Source: a virus (Duplodnaviria > Caudoviricetes). From it: a stretch of 55,994 nucleotides of DNA. Positions within the stretch are counted from its first letter, which is position 1; each line of letters starts with the position of its first letter. A model generated the notes under the pieces. The model searched no databases. It had not been told where the DNA came from and was given only the letters and a program-made list of their open reading frames with translations. The DNA is taken from positions 1 through 55,994 of IMG/VR virus record IMGVR_UViG_3300025543_000030; one strand, written 5' to 3'. Below are positions 5,823-15,730 of this stretch, in pieces. The position numbers were made by a program, and so were the translations under genes.

Positions 5823-5855
5823 TATTATCCAAGTAGACTCGTATTTACTTTGTAA
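5823..5855 (-). promoter_or_regulatory. conserved bipartite motif copy 7
   Basis: TTACAAAGTAAATACGA-GTCTACTT-GGATAATA-TAAATGTAA. Confidence 0.75.
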
Positions 5856-6044
5856 TATAAGAAAGTTAGTAGTGTAGAGTAAATATGTAAACATGTATAC
5901 GAATATAAACAAAAACGTAAAACATTATCACAATTGTGAAAAAAAGTGGGGCCGCCCCGCCAAACCAAAACGATTTTGTGTAACACGTTGATAACCAGAG
6001 GGATAGGGGTAACACCATACTTCTATATATCTAACAACTTTTTA

Positions 6045-6089
6045 GTGACATAAGCCTATTAATAGTATAGAGTAACAGGCTATTGTCAC
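6045..6089. repeat. imperfect inverted repeat in the divergent intergenic region
   Basis: GTGACA-TA-AGCCT ... AGGCT-AT-TGTCAC. Confidence 0.55.
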
Positions 6090-6206
6090 ACTTTGCTTTT
6101 ATTCAGTTCTATACGCAAGTAAACCTTAGCAAAAACCTGTGATATTACTAACCATAGTGCGCTTCACAAAAGTCCGTATAGAATAATGCATTAAAAAAAA
6201 TAAACA

Positions 6207-6869
6207 ATGGCAATAATCTCTTCATATCCTCAACTTACACCACAGCTTGGTGATAAAATACTAGGATCCAACGTATATGACAGCTCAGGCAATGTTGTAC
6301 CTAACAATCCTACATGTCAATTTAGCTTTTCAGACGTAAAAGCTTTAGTGGATCAAAACTACGTAGAACAATTCACATCTTCTTCTGCGGTTGCATCACA
6401 GCAATCAGGATTAAACTCTATTTATAGTATACAATTTGGAACTATAACTGGTACTAGCACTAGTAATGTTCAATTGTTACAAGGTGGTGGTTCTCCTACT
6501 GCAGGTGATAAAGTACAATTTAACACTTTAGGTACATATCAAATAACATTAACGTATTCTGTTGGTGTAAATCAATCAGCGACAAACATACCTTACTTAA
6601 TATTTAGAACATTACAAGACGGAGCAACTCAAGTTGGACCAACTATAGTGTACAATCAAAAGTTTGAAACAATAAACAACCCTGTCCCACTTATTATTCC
6701 TATAACAGTGAATATAACAACAGCAGGTACGTATTATAATTTCCAAATGGCTAGAAACGGGGTCAACGACGGAGGTTTAGTTAAAAACGCTAACCCTATT
6801 AACGGTGCTATTTTACCAGCACCTACAGCTCCTTCAATAGCAACAATAAAAATATCTAAACTAATATAA
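6207..6869 (+). CDS. virion structural protein (tail/fibre-associated)
   Basis: N-terminus MAIISSYP...DKILGS is paralogous to the next gene's MAIIYSYP...DLVLGT; beta-rich, S/T/G-rich C-terminal domain. Confidence 0.65.
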   Translation: MAIISSYPQLTPQLGDKILGSNVYDSSGNVVPNNPTCQFSFSDVKALVDQNYVEQFTSSSAVASQQSGLNSIYSIQFGTITGTSTSNVQLLQGGGSPTAGDKVQFNTLGTYQITLTYSVGVNQSATNIPYLIFRTLQDGATQVGPTIVYNQKFETINNPVPLIIPITVNITTAGTYYNFQMARNGVNDGGLVKNANPINGAILPAPTAPSIATIKISKLI

Positions 6870-6870
6870 C

Positions 6871-9800
6871 ATGGCGATAATATATTCATACCCTATAGTA
6901 ACACCAACATCTAATGACTTAGTATTAGGTACAGATGTAGATGCACAGGGTAAACCAACTAAAAACTTTACGATTCAAAGTATTGTAGACATTGTACAAG
7001 GTGGTGCAGCTGGACTAGGCGCCGTGTTAACAATTAATAACAGTGCCCAGAATACAGCAGGTGCTAATCAATCAGCAATAGACTTTTTAAACATACAAGG
7101 TACAGGTACATCAACGTTTAACACGTTTAGTGATGGTATTATGAATATATCAGGTGGTATAGGTACTGCTTTTACTAGTATAACCTCCACTGATTTTGCA
7201 GGTGATTTAACAGGTATTGTAAAAGCTGGATCTAGTATTGAAGGTACTGTAATAGGTGTTACACAAGCGGCTGGTGATAACAGTACTAAACTAGCAACAA
7301 CCGCTTATGTCGATGGTAAAGTTGATCCTTCTGTGCTACAGTATTTAGGTGATGCAACTGGTCCTTTTGATTTAAACCTGGTAACTGATGATTTTAAAAT
7401 AGCAGGTACAGCTAATCAAATAGAAACCACAGCGACTACAGTTGCTGCAAACATAGGTACAGTAACTTTAAGTTTTCCTACAGCAGGTGTAACTTTACCG
7501 GATGGTTCAGTTGCTACAACACAAGCTGCTGCAGATAACACAACTAAAGTTGCTACTGATGAGTTTGTGCAACAAGAAAACAATGCGCAAGATTTAGACT
7601 TTACAGGAGATACTGGAACATCGTCAGTTCTTTTAAATAGTCAAACATTAGACTTTGAAGGAACAGCTAACGAAATTACAACAGCAGTAACAGCTCAAAA
7701 GGTTAAATTTACTTTACCAACCGATGTTACCATTGCAGGAACATTTACAGGTACTACTTTTGCTGGTGATTTATTAGGTACAATAAATACAGCCACAATT
7801 GGTACAACTCAAACAGCAGGTGACAATTCTACTAAAATAGCCACTACAGCTTATGTAGATGCTGCTGCTGGTGCTAAAACGTTAGATTATGCCGGTGATG
7901 CTACTGGACCATTTAGTTTAAATTTAACCGATGATGATTTAGAATTTAACGGCGATTCAAATATAACAGTAACTGCTGCTGCAGTAGCTGCTAACAAAGG
8001 TATCGTAACTATTGATTTAAATAATGACGTTACTATTTCAGGGACAATGCAAGCTGGTACGCTTTCTGATGGTACATTTTCTGGCTCAGCCGGTACATAC
8101 ACTGGTGGTGTCAGCATAACGTCTACAGCTTTTGTAGGTGATTTAACCGGTAACGCAAGCACAGCAACAACTTTAGCGGTGGCAGGAACAGTTGGTGTAA
8201 CAGGTGATGTATCTACAGTACCAGCAGCTCCAACATATACAAGTGGTGGTAATATACTTATTGATACAACCATAGCTGATACTGTGGTAACTGGTAAAAC
8301 ATTATTTAATTTACCAACTGCAACATCTCAAGTTATAGCAGACTCAGATACTATATTAGAAGCTTTATCTTATTTACAAGGTCAGATAACTGGTATACCA
8401 CAAGGTTTAGTTTATAAAGGAACTTGGGATGCTAGTACTAACACACCAACACTTGCTAGTGGTACTGGTGTCACTGGTGAATTTTATATTGTAAGCGTTG
8501 CAGGTACTACAAATTTAGATGGTATTACAGATTGGCAAGTTGGTGACTGGGCTATATTTGTAGAAGTTGGGGCAACTGATACTTGGCAAAAAATTGATAA
8601 CACTTCTGCTATACTTGGTAGTGGATCAGCTAATAAAATAGCTAAATGGACAGGATCTAATACTTTGGCTACTGGGCTTATAGACGATGATGGTACGGAT
8701 GTTACAATAGGTAACTCTGGTAATTTAATAGTTGAAGGTAATACAACACTTGGTAATGCTACAACTGATACAACTACAATAGTTGGTCCTGTTGAAATGC
8801 AAGAAACTGCTAGATTTAATGTAGGTATTAGTTTAGGTGCCGCAACTTATGGTACAGCAGGGCAAGTGTTAACATCAGGTGGCGGCGCTGCCACGGTTAA
8901 CACATGGACAACACCTACTACAGGTACAGTTACAAGTGTAGATTTAACAGAAACAGGTGATGCACTTACTATAACTGGATCTCCAGTAACCAGTAGTGGT
9001 ACAATTAATATAGCTGGTGCAGGTACTGCATCTCAATACATAAACGGTGAATTAGATTTAGTTACATTCCCAACTTTAGATAATTACCAATACTGGACAT
9101 TATCTGATGGAACGAACACAAGTAATATACTTACAACTAATACAGCAACGTTCACAGGCGGTACATATATTACAACTGGAGAATCTAATAAAACATTAAC
9201 TATAACACACGATGCTACATCAAGATCAGATACAACTTCTACAGATGCGCCTGCTTTTGGTGGTACATTTGATGCTGTTACTAGTGTAACAAGTAATGCA
9301 ACAGGACACGTTACAGCAATAGATGTTTCTACTGTAACAATACCGGCTAACCCGGTTTTTGTTGGTCCTGCTGATGCAAATACTGATGGGGTTGCTGGTA
9401 TAGTTCCAGCTCCGGGTCAAGCTACTTATAATGGTGGATATTTCTTAAGACAAGATGCAACGTGGGCTATTCCACCAAATGATGATGGTGTAACAGCAGT
9501 AACGGCAACAGCTCCAATATCTTCTTCAGGTGGTGATACACCAAACATAACTCATGATGATTCTGGTGTAACAGCTGGAACTTACGATAGTGTAACCGTT
9601 GATGCTAAAGGCCACGTAACAGGTGGTAGTAATCCTGGCGGTGACGGTGGTGGTATATTTTCTGGGGATCAAGCTGTTATTACAGCTTCAGCTTCTCTAG
9701 CATTTACTTTAAATAGAGCTACTACAGGAGCGTTAATATTTGATGTATGGTTAACTTCAGAAACAAGTACAGGAACTTCTGTAACTAAAAAATACACTGT

Positions 9801-10014
9801 TGCTCATGCTAATAATGCTACCCCAGTTTATAATAAAATAATAGACACAGGACCAGTTGGATCAAATGATTTTCTAGTTACTTTCTTAAATGCAGGTTCT
9901 GGATTATCCGTTACATGTAATATACAAGCTGTTGGTGTTGCTCAAAATATAGGTTACACAGTTCAAGTCGGGCACGATAGTACAAATACTCTTACATTCA
10001 CTGCAGCATCATAA
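6871..10014 (+). CDS. long tail fibre protein
   Basis: T/G/A-rich; three DN(S/T)TK.AT..(Y/F)V fibre repeats; YKGTWDASTNTPTL module; SGVTAGTYDSVTVDAKGHVTGG tail-fibre repeat. Confidence 0.85.
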   Translation: MAIIYSYPIVTPTSNDLVLGTDVDAQGKPTKNFTIQSIVDIVQGGAAGLGAVLTINNSAQNTAGANQSAIDFLNIQGTGTSTFNTFSDGIMNISGGIGTAFTSITSTDFAGDLTGIVKAGSSIEGTVIGVTQAAGDNSTKLATTAYVDGKVDPSVLQYLGDATGPFDLNLVTDDFKIAGTANQIETTATTVAANIGTVTLSFPTAGVTLPDGSVATTQAAADNTTKVATDEFVQQENNAQDLDFTGDTGTSSVLLNSQTLDFEGTANEITTAVTAQKVKFTLPTDVTIAGTFTGTTFAGDLLGTINTATIGTTQTAGDNSTKIATTAYVDAAAGAKTLDYAGDATGPFSLNLTDDDLEFNGDSNITVTAAAVAANKGIVTIDLNNDVTISGTMQAGTLSDGTFSGSAGTYTGGVSITSTAFVGDLTGNASTATTLAVAGTVGVTGDVSTVPAAPTYTSGGNILIDTTIADTVVTGKTLFNLPTATSQVIADSDTILEALSYLQGQITGIPQGLVYKGTWDASTNTPTLASGTGVTGEFYIVSVAGTTNLDGITDWQVGDWAIFVEVGATDTWQKIDNTSAILGSGSANKIAKWTGSNTLATGLIDDDGTDVTIGNSGNLIVEGNTTLGNATTDTTTIVGPVEMQETARFNVGISLGAATYGTAGQVLTSGGGAATVNTWTTPTTGTVTSVDLTETGDALTITGSPVTSSGTINIAGAGTASQYINGELDLVTFPTLDNYQYWTLSDGTNTSNILTTNTATFTGGTYITTGESNKTLTITHDATSRSDTTSTDAPAFGGTFDAVTSVTSNATGHVTAIDVSTVTIPANPVFVGPADANTDGVAGIVPAPGQATYNGGYFLRQDATWAIPPNDDGVTAVTATAPISSSGGDTPNITHDDSGVTAGTYDSVTVDAKGHVTGGSNPGGDGGGIFSGDQAVITASASLAFTLNRATTGALIFDVWLTSETSTGTSVTKKYTVAHANNATPVYNKIIDTGPVGSNDFLVTFLNAGSGLSVTCNIQAVGVAQNIGYTVQVGHDSTNTLTFTAAS

Positions 10015-10023
10015 CAATAAAAT

Positions 10024-13000
10024 ATGGCAAATTTATCTAATATAAATAATAAATTCATCGTAGAAGATAGCGGAGATGTTGGTATTGGTGTAACTACTGC
10101 TAACACTAAACTTCATATAGGTGGTACTGCACCTGGTGATTCTATTATTCGTCAAGATTCTACAGTATCAGGTACAAACTGGGAAATTGGAGAAAGAGCA
10201 GCTGGTAAATGGCAAATATTTGAAGATGATGGTGACACTATTGTTACTACCTTTATGTCTACCGGAAACGTAGGAATCGGGGTAACAAACCCGTCAAGTT
10301 ATTGGGCAAATGCAAATAATTTAGTAGTAGGAGGTTTAGGAGCTGTTAGTGGAATTACAATAGCAACGGATGGTAACTTAACAGGTTCTTTAATTTTTGC
10401 CGATAGTACAGCAGCTGCAGATAATACAAGAGGTGGTTTACAATATAACCATAGTAATGATAGTATGTTATTTAGAGTTGATAATGAAGAAAGATTTCGT
10501 ATAGATGACGTCGGAAGTGTATATAATAGTGCATCATCAGGATCAGTAACTAAATATGGTTTTAACGCTTTAAATGGTACTAGTTTTACTGGTGACGAAA
10601 GCTCTGCTTTTGGTACCAATGCTTTAGGATCTTCTACAACTGGTAGAAACCATGCATTTGGTTTTAGAGCTCTTCAAGATTTAACAACAGGTATTTATAA
10701 CACAGCTGTTGGTGGAGAGTGTTTAGAAAATAATATTGATGGAAATGCTAACACGGCTGTTGGCGCTTTTGCAATGAGAGTTTTAACCACTGGTGATAAT
10801 AACACTGCTATTGGACGTCATGCTTTATATAATAATAATAATAGTTATAACGTAGGGGTTGGTTATTATGCTGGTACAGCTATAACTGACGGCTCAAGGA
10901 ATGTTGCTGTAGGAGCTCAGTCAATGGAAAATGGAAGTGGCGTTACTGGAGACGATAACGTAGGGCTTGGTCATTATACTTTAAATTCTGTGACAAGTGG
11001 TCATTCCAATACAATGGTTGGAAACTATGCTGGAGATTTAATTACCACTGGTATTAACAATGTTGGTTTAGGTTATAAAGCGCTTTCTGCAATATCAACT
11101 CAAAGCAATAATGTTGCTATAGGTAGAACAGCTATGCAAACCGCTCTTGCTGAAAATTGTGTAGCTATAGGTAATGACTGTTTAGAAACTACAACTGGAT
11201 CTGATAATACAGCTGTTGGAGCTTTTGCAGGAAGAGCAGTTAGTTCGGGTATCAGTAACACTTTAATAGGTTCTAGAGCAGGTTATGATGTAACAACAGG
11301 TAGTTACAATACTTTAGTTGGAAGAGCAGCAGGTCAAAGTATTGTTAGTGGTGAACGAAACACGGGTATGGGTTATGCTGCATTAAATGGTAATACCGGT
11401 AGTTATAATACTGGTATCGGTATGGAAACTTTAAACGGTGATACCCATAGTTATAATACAGCCTTGGGTTATGAAGCTGGTAGAGATAATAATGGTCAAG
11501 AAAATACATACGTAGGTTATTTCGCTGGTAGATTATCAACAGGTGGCAACGAATGTACATTTGTAGGTTCGCATGCAGGTTATAATAACGCAAATAGTGA
11601 TAATACAGCTGTTGGTCGATATGCTTTGTTTCAAAACACGGTAGCTTTTAATACGGCTTTTGGCCACCAAGCTGGTTACGGGGTTACAACTGGTAATTTT
11701 AACACTTTTGTTGGAGAAAGAACTGGGGGATCAATAGGGGCTGGAGCAGGAAATGTTGGAGTTGGTAGAAGATCATTATATAAAGCAACAAGTAGTAATA
11801 ACACTTGTGTTGGTATGCAAGCTGGATATGGAATAACCTCTGGTGATAATAATATAGCTATTGGTAATGGTGCTATGGAAGTAGCATTAACAACAGGTGA
11901 TGACAATGTAGTCGTGGGAACGAGTGCGGGTACAAACTTAACAAGTGGTAACAAGAACGTGGTTATAGGTAATTCTGCGGGATATGCTATAACAACTTCG
12001 GTTAATACTGTTGCTGTTGGTCATGAAGCATTAAAAGCATTGGTTGACGGGGCCCATAACGTAGCTGTAGGTGCATTTGCTTTACACGATGTAACAAGTG
12101 GAGGAGTTAATGTAGCTATGGGTTTAGCAGCTGGTTCTCATATAACAACTGGAAGCCATAACACTTGTTTAGGTTATGATTCTTTTCAAGCTGTAGTTGG
12201 TGCAGGTTATAATACTGGTGTAGGTTCAAGCACTGGTGTTTATCAAACTGGTAATTACAATACAGCGGTAGGTTATTTTTCTCAATATGGTGTTAGTGGT
12301 AGTTCAAGTGGAAGTTATAACACAACTAGTGGATACTTTGCAGGAGCATATAACAGAGGGGAAAATAATACATTTTTAGGCGCTCTTGCCGGTAGATTTA
12401 ATTCAACAGGTGATAGAAACACAATTGTTGGATCCCAAGCTGCAGATAACGCTGCTATAACTGGTAGTGATAACACTTCTTTAGGTTTTGGAAGTGCACA
12501 TAATATAGCAAGTGCATCTAACAATGTATATCTAGGTGCAAATGCTGGTTTTATAAATAGCGGCTCAGAAGGGAATGTTGCTATAGGATCTTCAGCTTTA
12601 TATTCCGGTACAGGAGGTGGAAATATTGCTATAGGTAAAACCGCTATGCAATCTGCAACATCAGCTTCAAGTAATATAGCTATTGGTTATGCAGCTGTAG
12701 GAGGTGCCGCAGCGACGGGCTCTGCTAATATTATAATAGGTGATGCTGCTGGTTACAACCTTACAAGCGGTTCAAATAACATTTTAATAGGGCAAAATGC
12801 GGGTAGAACAGGTTCAAACAACCCAGGTCAATTAGGTTCAGTTGTTACAGTTAGTAATGAAATACAAATGGGTAATACTAGTCATCAAGGGGCTTTTATT
12901 CAAATTGGTTGGACTACTGTTTCTGATGCAAGGGATAAGGGGCAAATTAAAGATCTGCCTTATGGATTAGATTTTATAAATCAATTACAGCCAAAATCAT

Positions 13001-13239
13001 TTGAATTTAAACCAGATAGAAATTCAGAAGAAACTGATGGAATCGAAAGATATGGATTTTTAGCTCAAGATGTTTTAGAAATAGAGGGAGAAAGTCCTGT
13101 TGTAGTAAATAAAAATGATGAAGATAAATTGAAAATGACTAATGATTATTTAGTGCCAATATTGGTAAATGCAATACAAGAATTAAAAGCAGACAACGAT
13201 AGCTTAAAAGCTAGAATAGAAACGTTAGAAAATAATTAA
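10024..13239 (+). CDS. tail fibre/spike with tandem beta-roll repeats and C-terminal intramolecular chaperone (peptidase S74-like)
   Basis: Dozens of ~14-aa N(T/V)(A/G)(V/I/L)G..A repeats; SDARDKGQIKDL..GL..INQLQPK.F, GFLAQDV and LVNAIQEL coiled coil. Confidence 0.88.
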   Translation: MANLSNINNKFIVEDSGDVGIGVTTANTKLHIGGTAPGDSIIRQDSTVSGTNWEIGERAAGKWQIFEDDGDTIVTTFMSTGNVGIGVTNPSSYWANANNLVVGGLGAVSGITIATDGNLTGSLIFADSTAAADNTRGGLQYNHSNDSMLFRVDNEERFRIDDVGSVYNSASSGSVTKYGFNALNGTSFTGDESSAFGTNALGSSTTGRNHAFGFRALQDLTTGIYNTAVGGECLENNIDGNANTAVGAFAMRVLTTGDNNTAIGRHALYNNNNSYNVGVGYYAGTAITDGSRNVAVGAQSMENGSGVTGDDNVGLGHYTLNSVTSGHSNTMVGNYAGDLITTGINNVGLGYKALSAISTQSNNVAIGRTAMQTALAENCVAIGNDCLETTTGSDNTAVGAFAGRAVSSGISNTLIGSRAGYDVTTGSYNTLVGRAAGQSIVSGERNTGMGYAALNGNTGSYNTGIGMETLNGDTHSYNTALGYEAGRDNNGQENTYVGYFAGRLSTGGNECTFVGSHAGYNNANSDNTAVGRYALFQNTVAFNTAFGHQAGYGVTTGNFNTFVGERTGGSIGAGAGNVGVGRRSLYKATSSNNTCVGMQAGYGITSGDNNIAIGNGAMEVALTTGDDNVVVGTSAGTNLTSGNKNVVIGNSAGYAITTSVNTVAVGHEALKALVDGAHNVAVGAFALHDVTSGGVNVAMGLAAGSHITTGSHNTCLGYDSFQAVVGAGYNTGVGSSTGVYQTGNYNTAVGYFSQYGVSGSSSGSYNTTSGYFAGAYNRGENNTFLGALAGRFNSTGDRNTIVGSQAADNAAITGSDNTSLGFGSAHNIASASNNVYLGANAGFINSGSEGNVAIGSSALYSGTGGGNIAIGKTAMQSATSASSNIAIGYAAVGGAAATGSANIIIGDAAGYNLTSGSNNILIGQNAGRTGSNNPGQLGSVVTVSNEIQMGNTSHQGAFIQIGWTTVSDARDKGQIKDLPYGLDFINQLQPKSFEFKPDRNSEETDGIERYGFLAQDVLEIEGESPVVVNKNDEDKLKMTNDYLVPILVNAIQELKADNDSLKARIETLENN

Positions 13240-13240
13240 T

Positions 13241-15676
13241 ATGGCGTCATTATCCAATATAAACGGATTATTTGACGTTCACTCTACAGGAGCTATACTA
13301 TTTAGTACATCTCATGGAACTAGTGGACAGATATTAAAATCAAACGGTAATGCAGCCCCAACTTGGGTTGACGCTTCAACTGTTATTGGTGGTCCTTATT
13401 TGCCTTTATCTGGTGGAACACTTACTGGCAATTTAGATATTAATGGTAGTAATAGTTTAACTGTTGGTGGAGTTTTAAATGGTACTAGTGCAACTTTTTC
13501 AGGATTAGTAAGTGGTATAACACCTACTGCTGCTGCAAATTTTGCAACTAAAGCTTATGTTGATGCTCAGCCTCAAGGTGATTTAACATCAATAACCTTA
13601 GGCAATGGTTTAACTGGATCAAATTTAAGTGGACCTATACCTGATGTATTAATGTCTGGTTCTTATACTGGAACTTTTACAGCAACAAGTTTAGCTTCAG
13701 ATTCATTTTTAAACAACGCGGGTAATTTATTATTTTCAGCAGGAAACACAACAACTGGAGCGTCTAGATCTTTAAATTTAAGAACTATTAGCCCTACTAA
13801 TGATCCATCGTCTGTTGATATAACTGATGCAACAGGTATTACATGGGGGCAAAGAACTGATAGTCAGCCATACTATATAATATATCCAAAAAAAGAAAAC
13901 TGGAATTCAAGTGGTAATTATTCTAAATTAACTTTGGCTTGGCACACAGGTATAAAAATAGGTGCAAATGATGCTTATGGTGGTACAAGATTTTATGATG
14001 ATTCACCTGATATTTCAGGTGCTGCAGTAATATTAAATGTTGGTGTTGGTAACACAAATGTTGGTGTTGTAAATGCTTTAACCGTGGGAACAACAATTAA
14101 TGCTGGTGGAGACATTAAAACAACAGGTGCGGCAATAGGAACCACTCAAGCTGATGGTGATTATTTATCTAAATTATATAGTTCAGCTTCTGATGGGTAC
14201 ATGGCATTATACACAGGACAAGCAACACCTATAGAACAAGTTAGAATTAGTTCTTACGGCCCAAGTTATATTGTTACAGGTACTTCAGGAGGTTTTGGAC
14301 TTGGTAGTTCTGTTACAACTGGAGGTTTTAATGTTAACTGGACTTTTGCAGGAAGTTATTACAATATGAGTAATAATGATTCTGGTAATTTTAAATATAC
14401 AAATCCAAACGGTAGGTTGCTTACTTCTAATGGAACTGGATGGGTTGCAGATGGTAGAGATCCGATTTTAACTTTATCTAGCGCAGGAAATGGTGGAGCC
14501 ACTACAGTGGGTTATTCTGTAGGTTTAAATCTTTACAGTAATACAGCTACAAACAACACTTATTCACCTTTAATATGTTTTAGTAATCTTTCTAATTCAG
14601 GTAATTATGCAACTGCCTATGCGGCAATTGGTGGTAAAAAAGTAGGGGCAGGTACAGATAGTAATTGGTCAACTGGAGAATTACATTTTTGGACAGCAGG
14701 TCCTACGGGATCAGGTTCAGCTTCATACATGCAACAAGCATCAGCTATGATGATAGACGATGCTGGCAAAGTCGGGATCGGGACGAATACACCTGCTGAA
14801 AAATTAGAGGTAGCCGGGAATATTAGAATGTTTAGTGCAGGTTATCCATTAATTGATATGGGTATCACAACCTCTAACTACTTTAGACTAATTCACGATA
14901 ATCCTAATGACGTATTTAAGATTGGAAAAAATGGAGCAGGAACTTTAAACATTACAGGAAGTGGCAACGTAGGGATTGGTAATTCACCAGCCTCTGATGC
15001 TAAACTTGAAGTTTGGAATGGTAATTTAAGGGTAAGAGGTGATCAAAACGCTGTTATACAATTAACTAACGTAGCTGGTAATACAAAGTCTCAATTAGGT
15101 AATGCTGGTAACGAAGGTGATTTATCTTTATATACTTCTGGAAATATTAAAACAGTTTATTTAAGTTCTTATTACGATAGTTATATAAATCCAGCTGGCG
15201 GCAGCGTCGGGATCGGGACTGATTCGCCTAGTGGACCATTTCACGTTAAAGTTGGTACAAGTACTCCACTTATTGTAGCAAGTAGTAGTTATTGTAATAA
15301 TGTAGGTATAAGAACCACAACACCAACCGCAAGTCTTCAGGTTAAAGGTAACGTTTCTTATAGTTATAATAATTACACTAATGTAGCAACTACTTGGGTA
15401 AATGTCTTTAATATGGCAAGTTACCCTACCGGTTTGTATCAGGTTAGCATTATTAAAAAGACAAATGCTTCTGCTTATATAACAGCTATAATAAAATGGG
15501 ATGCAACAGCTTCAGCTTCTACAGCAGGAACTATTGTTAATACTATAACATCAAATCAATTAGGTGTAAGTTTTAATGGCTCAACTACACTACAGTCTAT
15601 ATCAGCTCTTGCAACTGGAACTCTTATGTCAGCAAACTTACAATGTTTAGTAACAAATGAAGATTTTTGTAGTTAG
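13241..15676 (+). CDS. tail fibre protein
   Basis: YLPLSGGTLTG and ATKAYVD motifs; several G.VGIG repeats. Confidence 0.82.
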   Translation: MASLSNINGLFDVHSTGAILFSTSHGTSGQILKSNGNAAPTWVDASTVIGGPYLPLSGGTLTGNLDINGSNSLTVGGVLNGTSATFSGLVSGITPTAAANFATKAYVDAQPQGDLTSITLGNGLTGSNLSGPIPDVLMSGSYTGTFTATSLASDSFLNNAGNLLFSAGNTTTGASRSLNLRTISPTNDPSSVDITDATGITWGQRTDSQPYYIIYPKKENWNSSGNYSKLTLAWHTGIKIGANDAYGGTRFYDDSPDISGAAVILNVGVGNTNVGVVNALTVGTTINAGGDIKTTGAAIGTTQADGDYLSKLYSSASDGYMALYTGQATPIEQVRISSYGPSYIVTGTSGGFGLGSSVTTGGFNVNWTFAGSYYNMSNNDSGNFKYTNPNGRLLTSNGTGWVADGRDPILTLSSAGNGGATTVGYSVGLNLYSNTATNNTYSPLICFSNLSNSGNYATAYAAIGGKKVGAGTDSNWSTGELHFWTAGPTGSGSASYMQQASAMMIDDAGKVGIGTNTPAEKLEVAGNIRMFSAGYPLIDMGITTSNYFRLIHDNPNDVFKIGKNGAGTLNITGSGNVGIGNSPASDAKLEVWNGNLRVRGDQNAVIQLTNVAGNTKSQLGNAGNEGDLSLYTSGNIKTVYLSSYYDSYINPAGGSVGIGTDSPSGPFHVKVGTSTPLIVASSSYCNNVGIRTTTPTASLQVKGNVSYSYNNYTNVATTWVNVFNMASYPTGLYQVSIIKKTNASAYITAIIKWDATASASTAGTIVNTITSNQLGVSFNGSTTLQSISALATGTLMSANLQCLVTNEDFCS

Positions 15677-15730
15677 CAGGTACTATACAAGAATTACAAA
15701 AAAGAATAGAAATATTAGAAAATAAATAAT

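Noticed and set aside
1407-5855. Seven-copy repeat as a CRISPR array or integron attC-like array
   Set aside because: Spacing is irregular (240-1440 bp) with whole genes between copies, the internal 8 nt are variable, the repeat is not palindromic, and no cas or integrase gene is visible.
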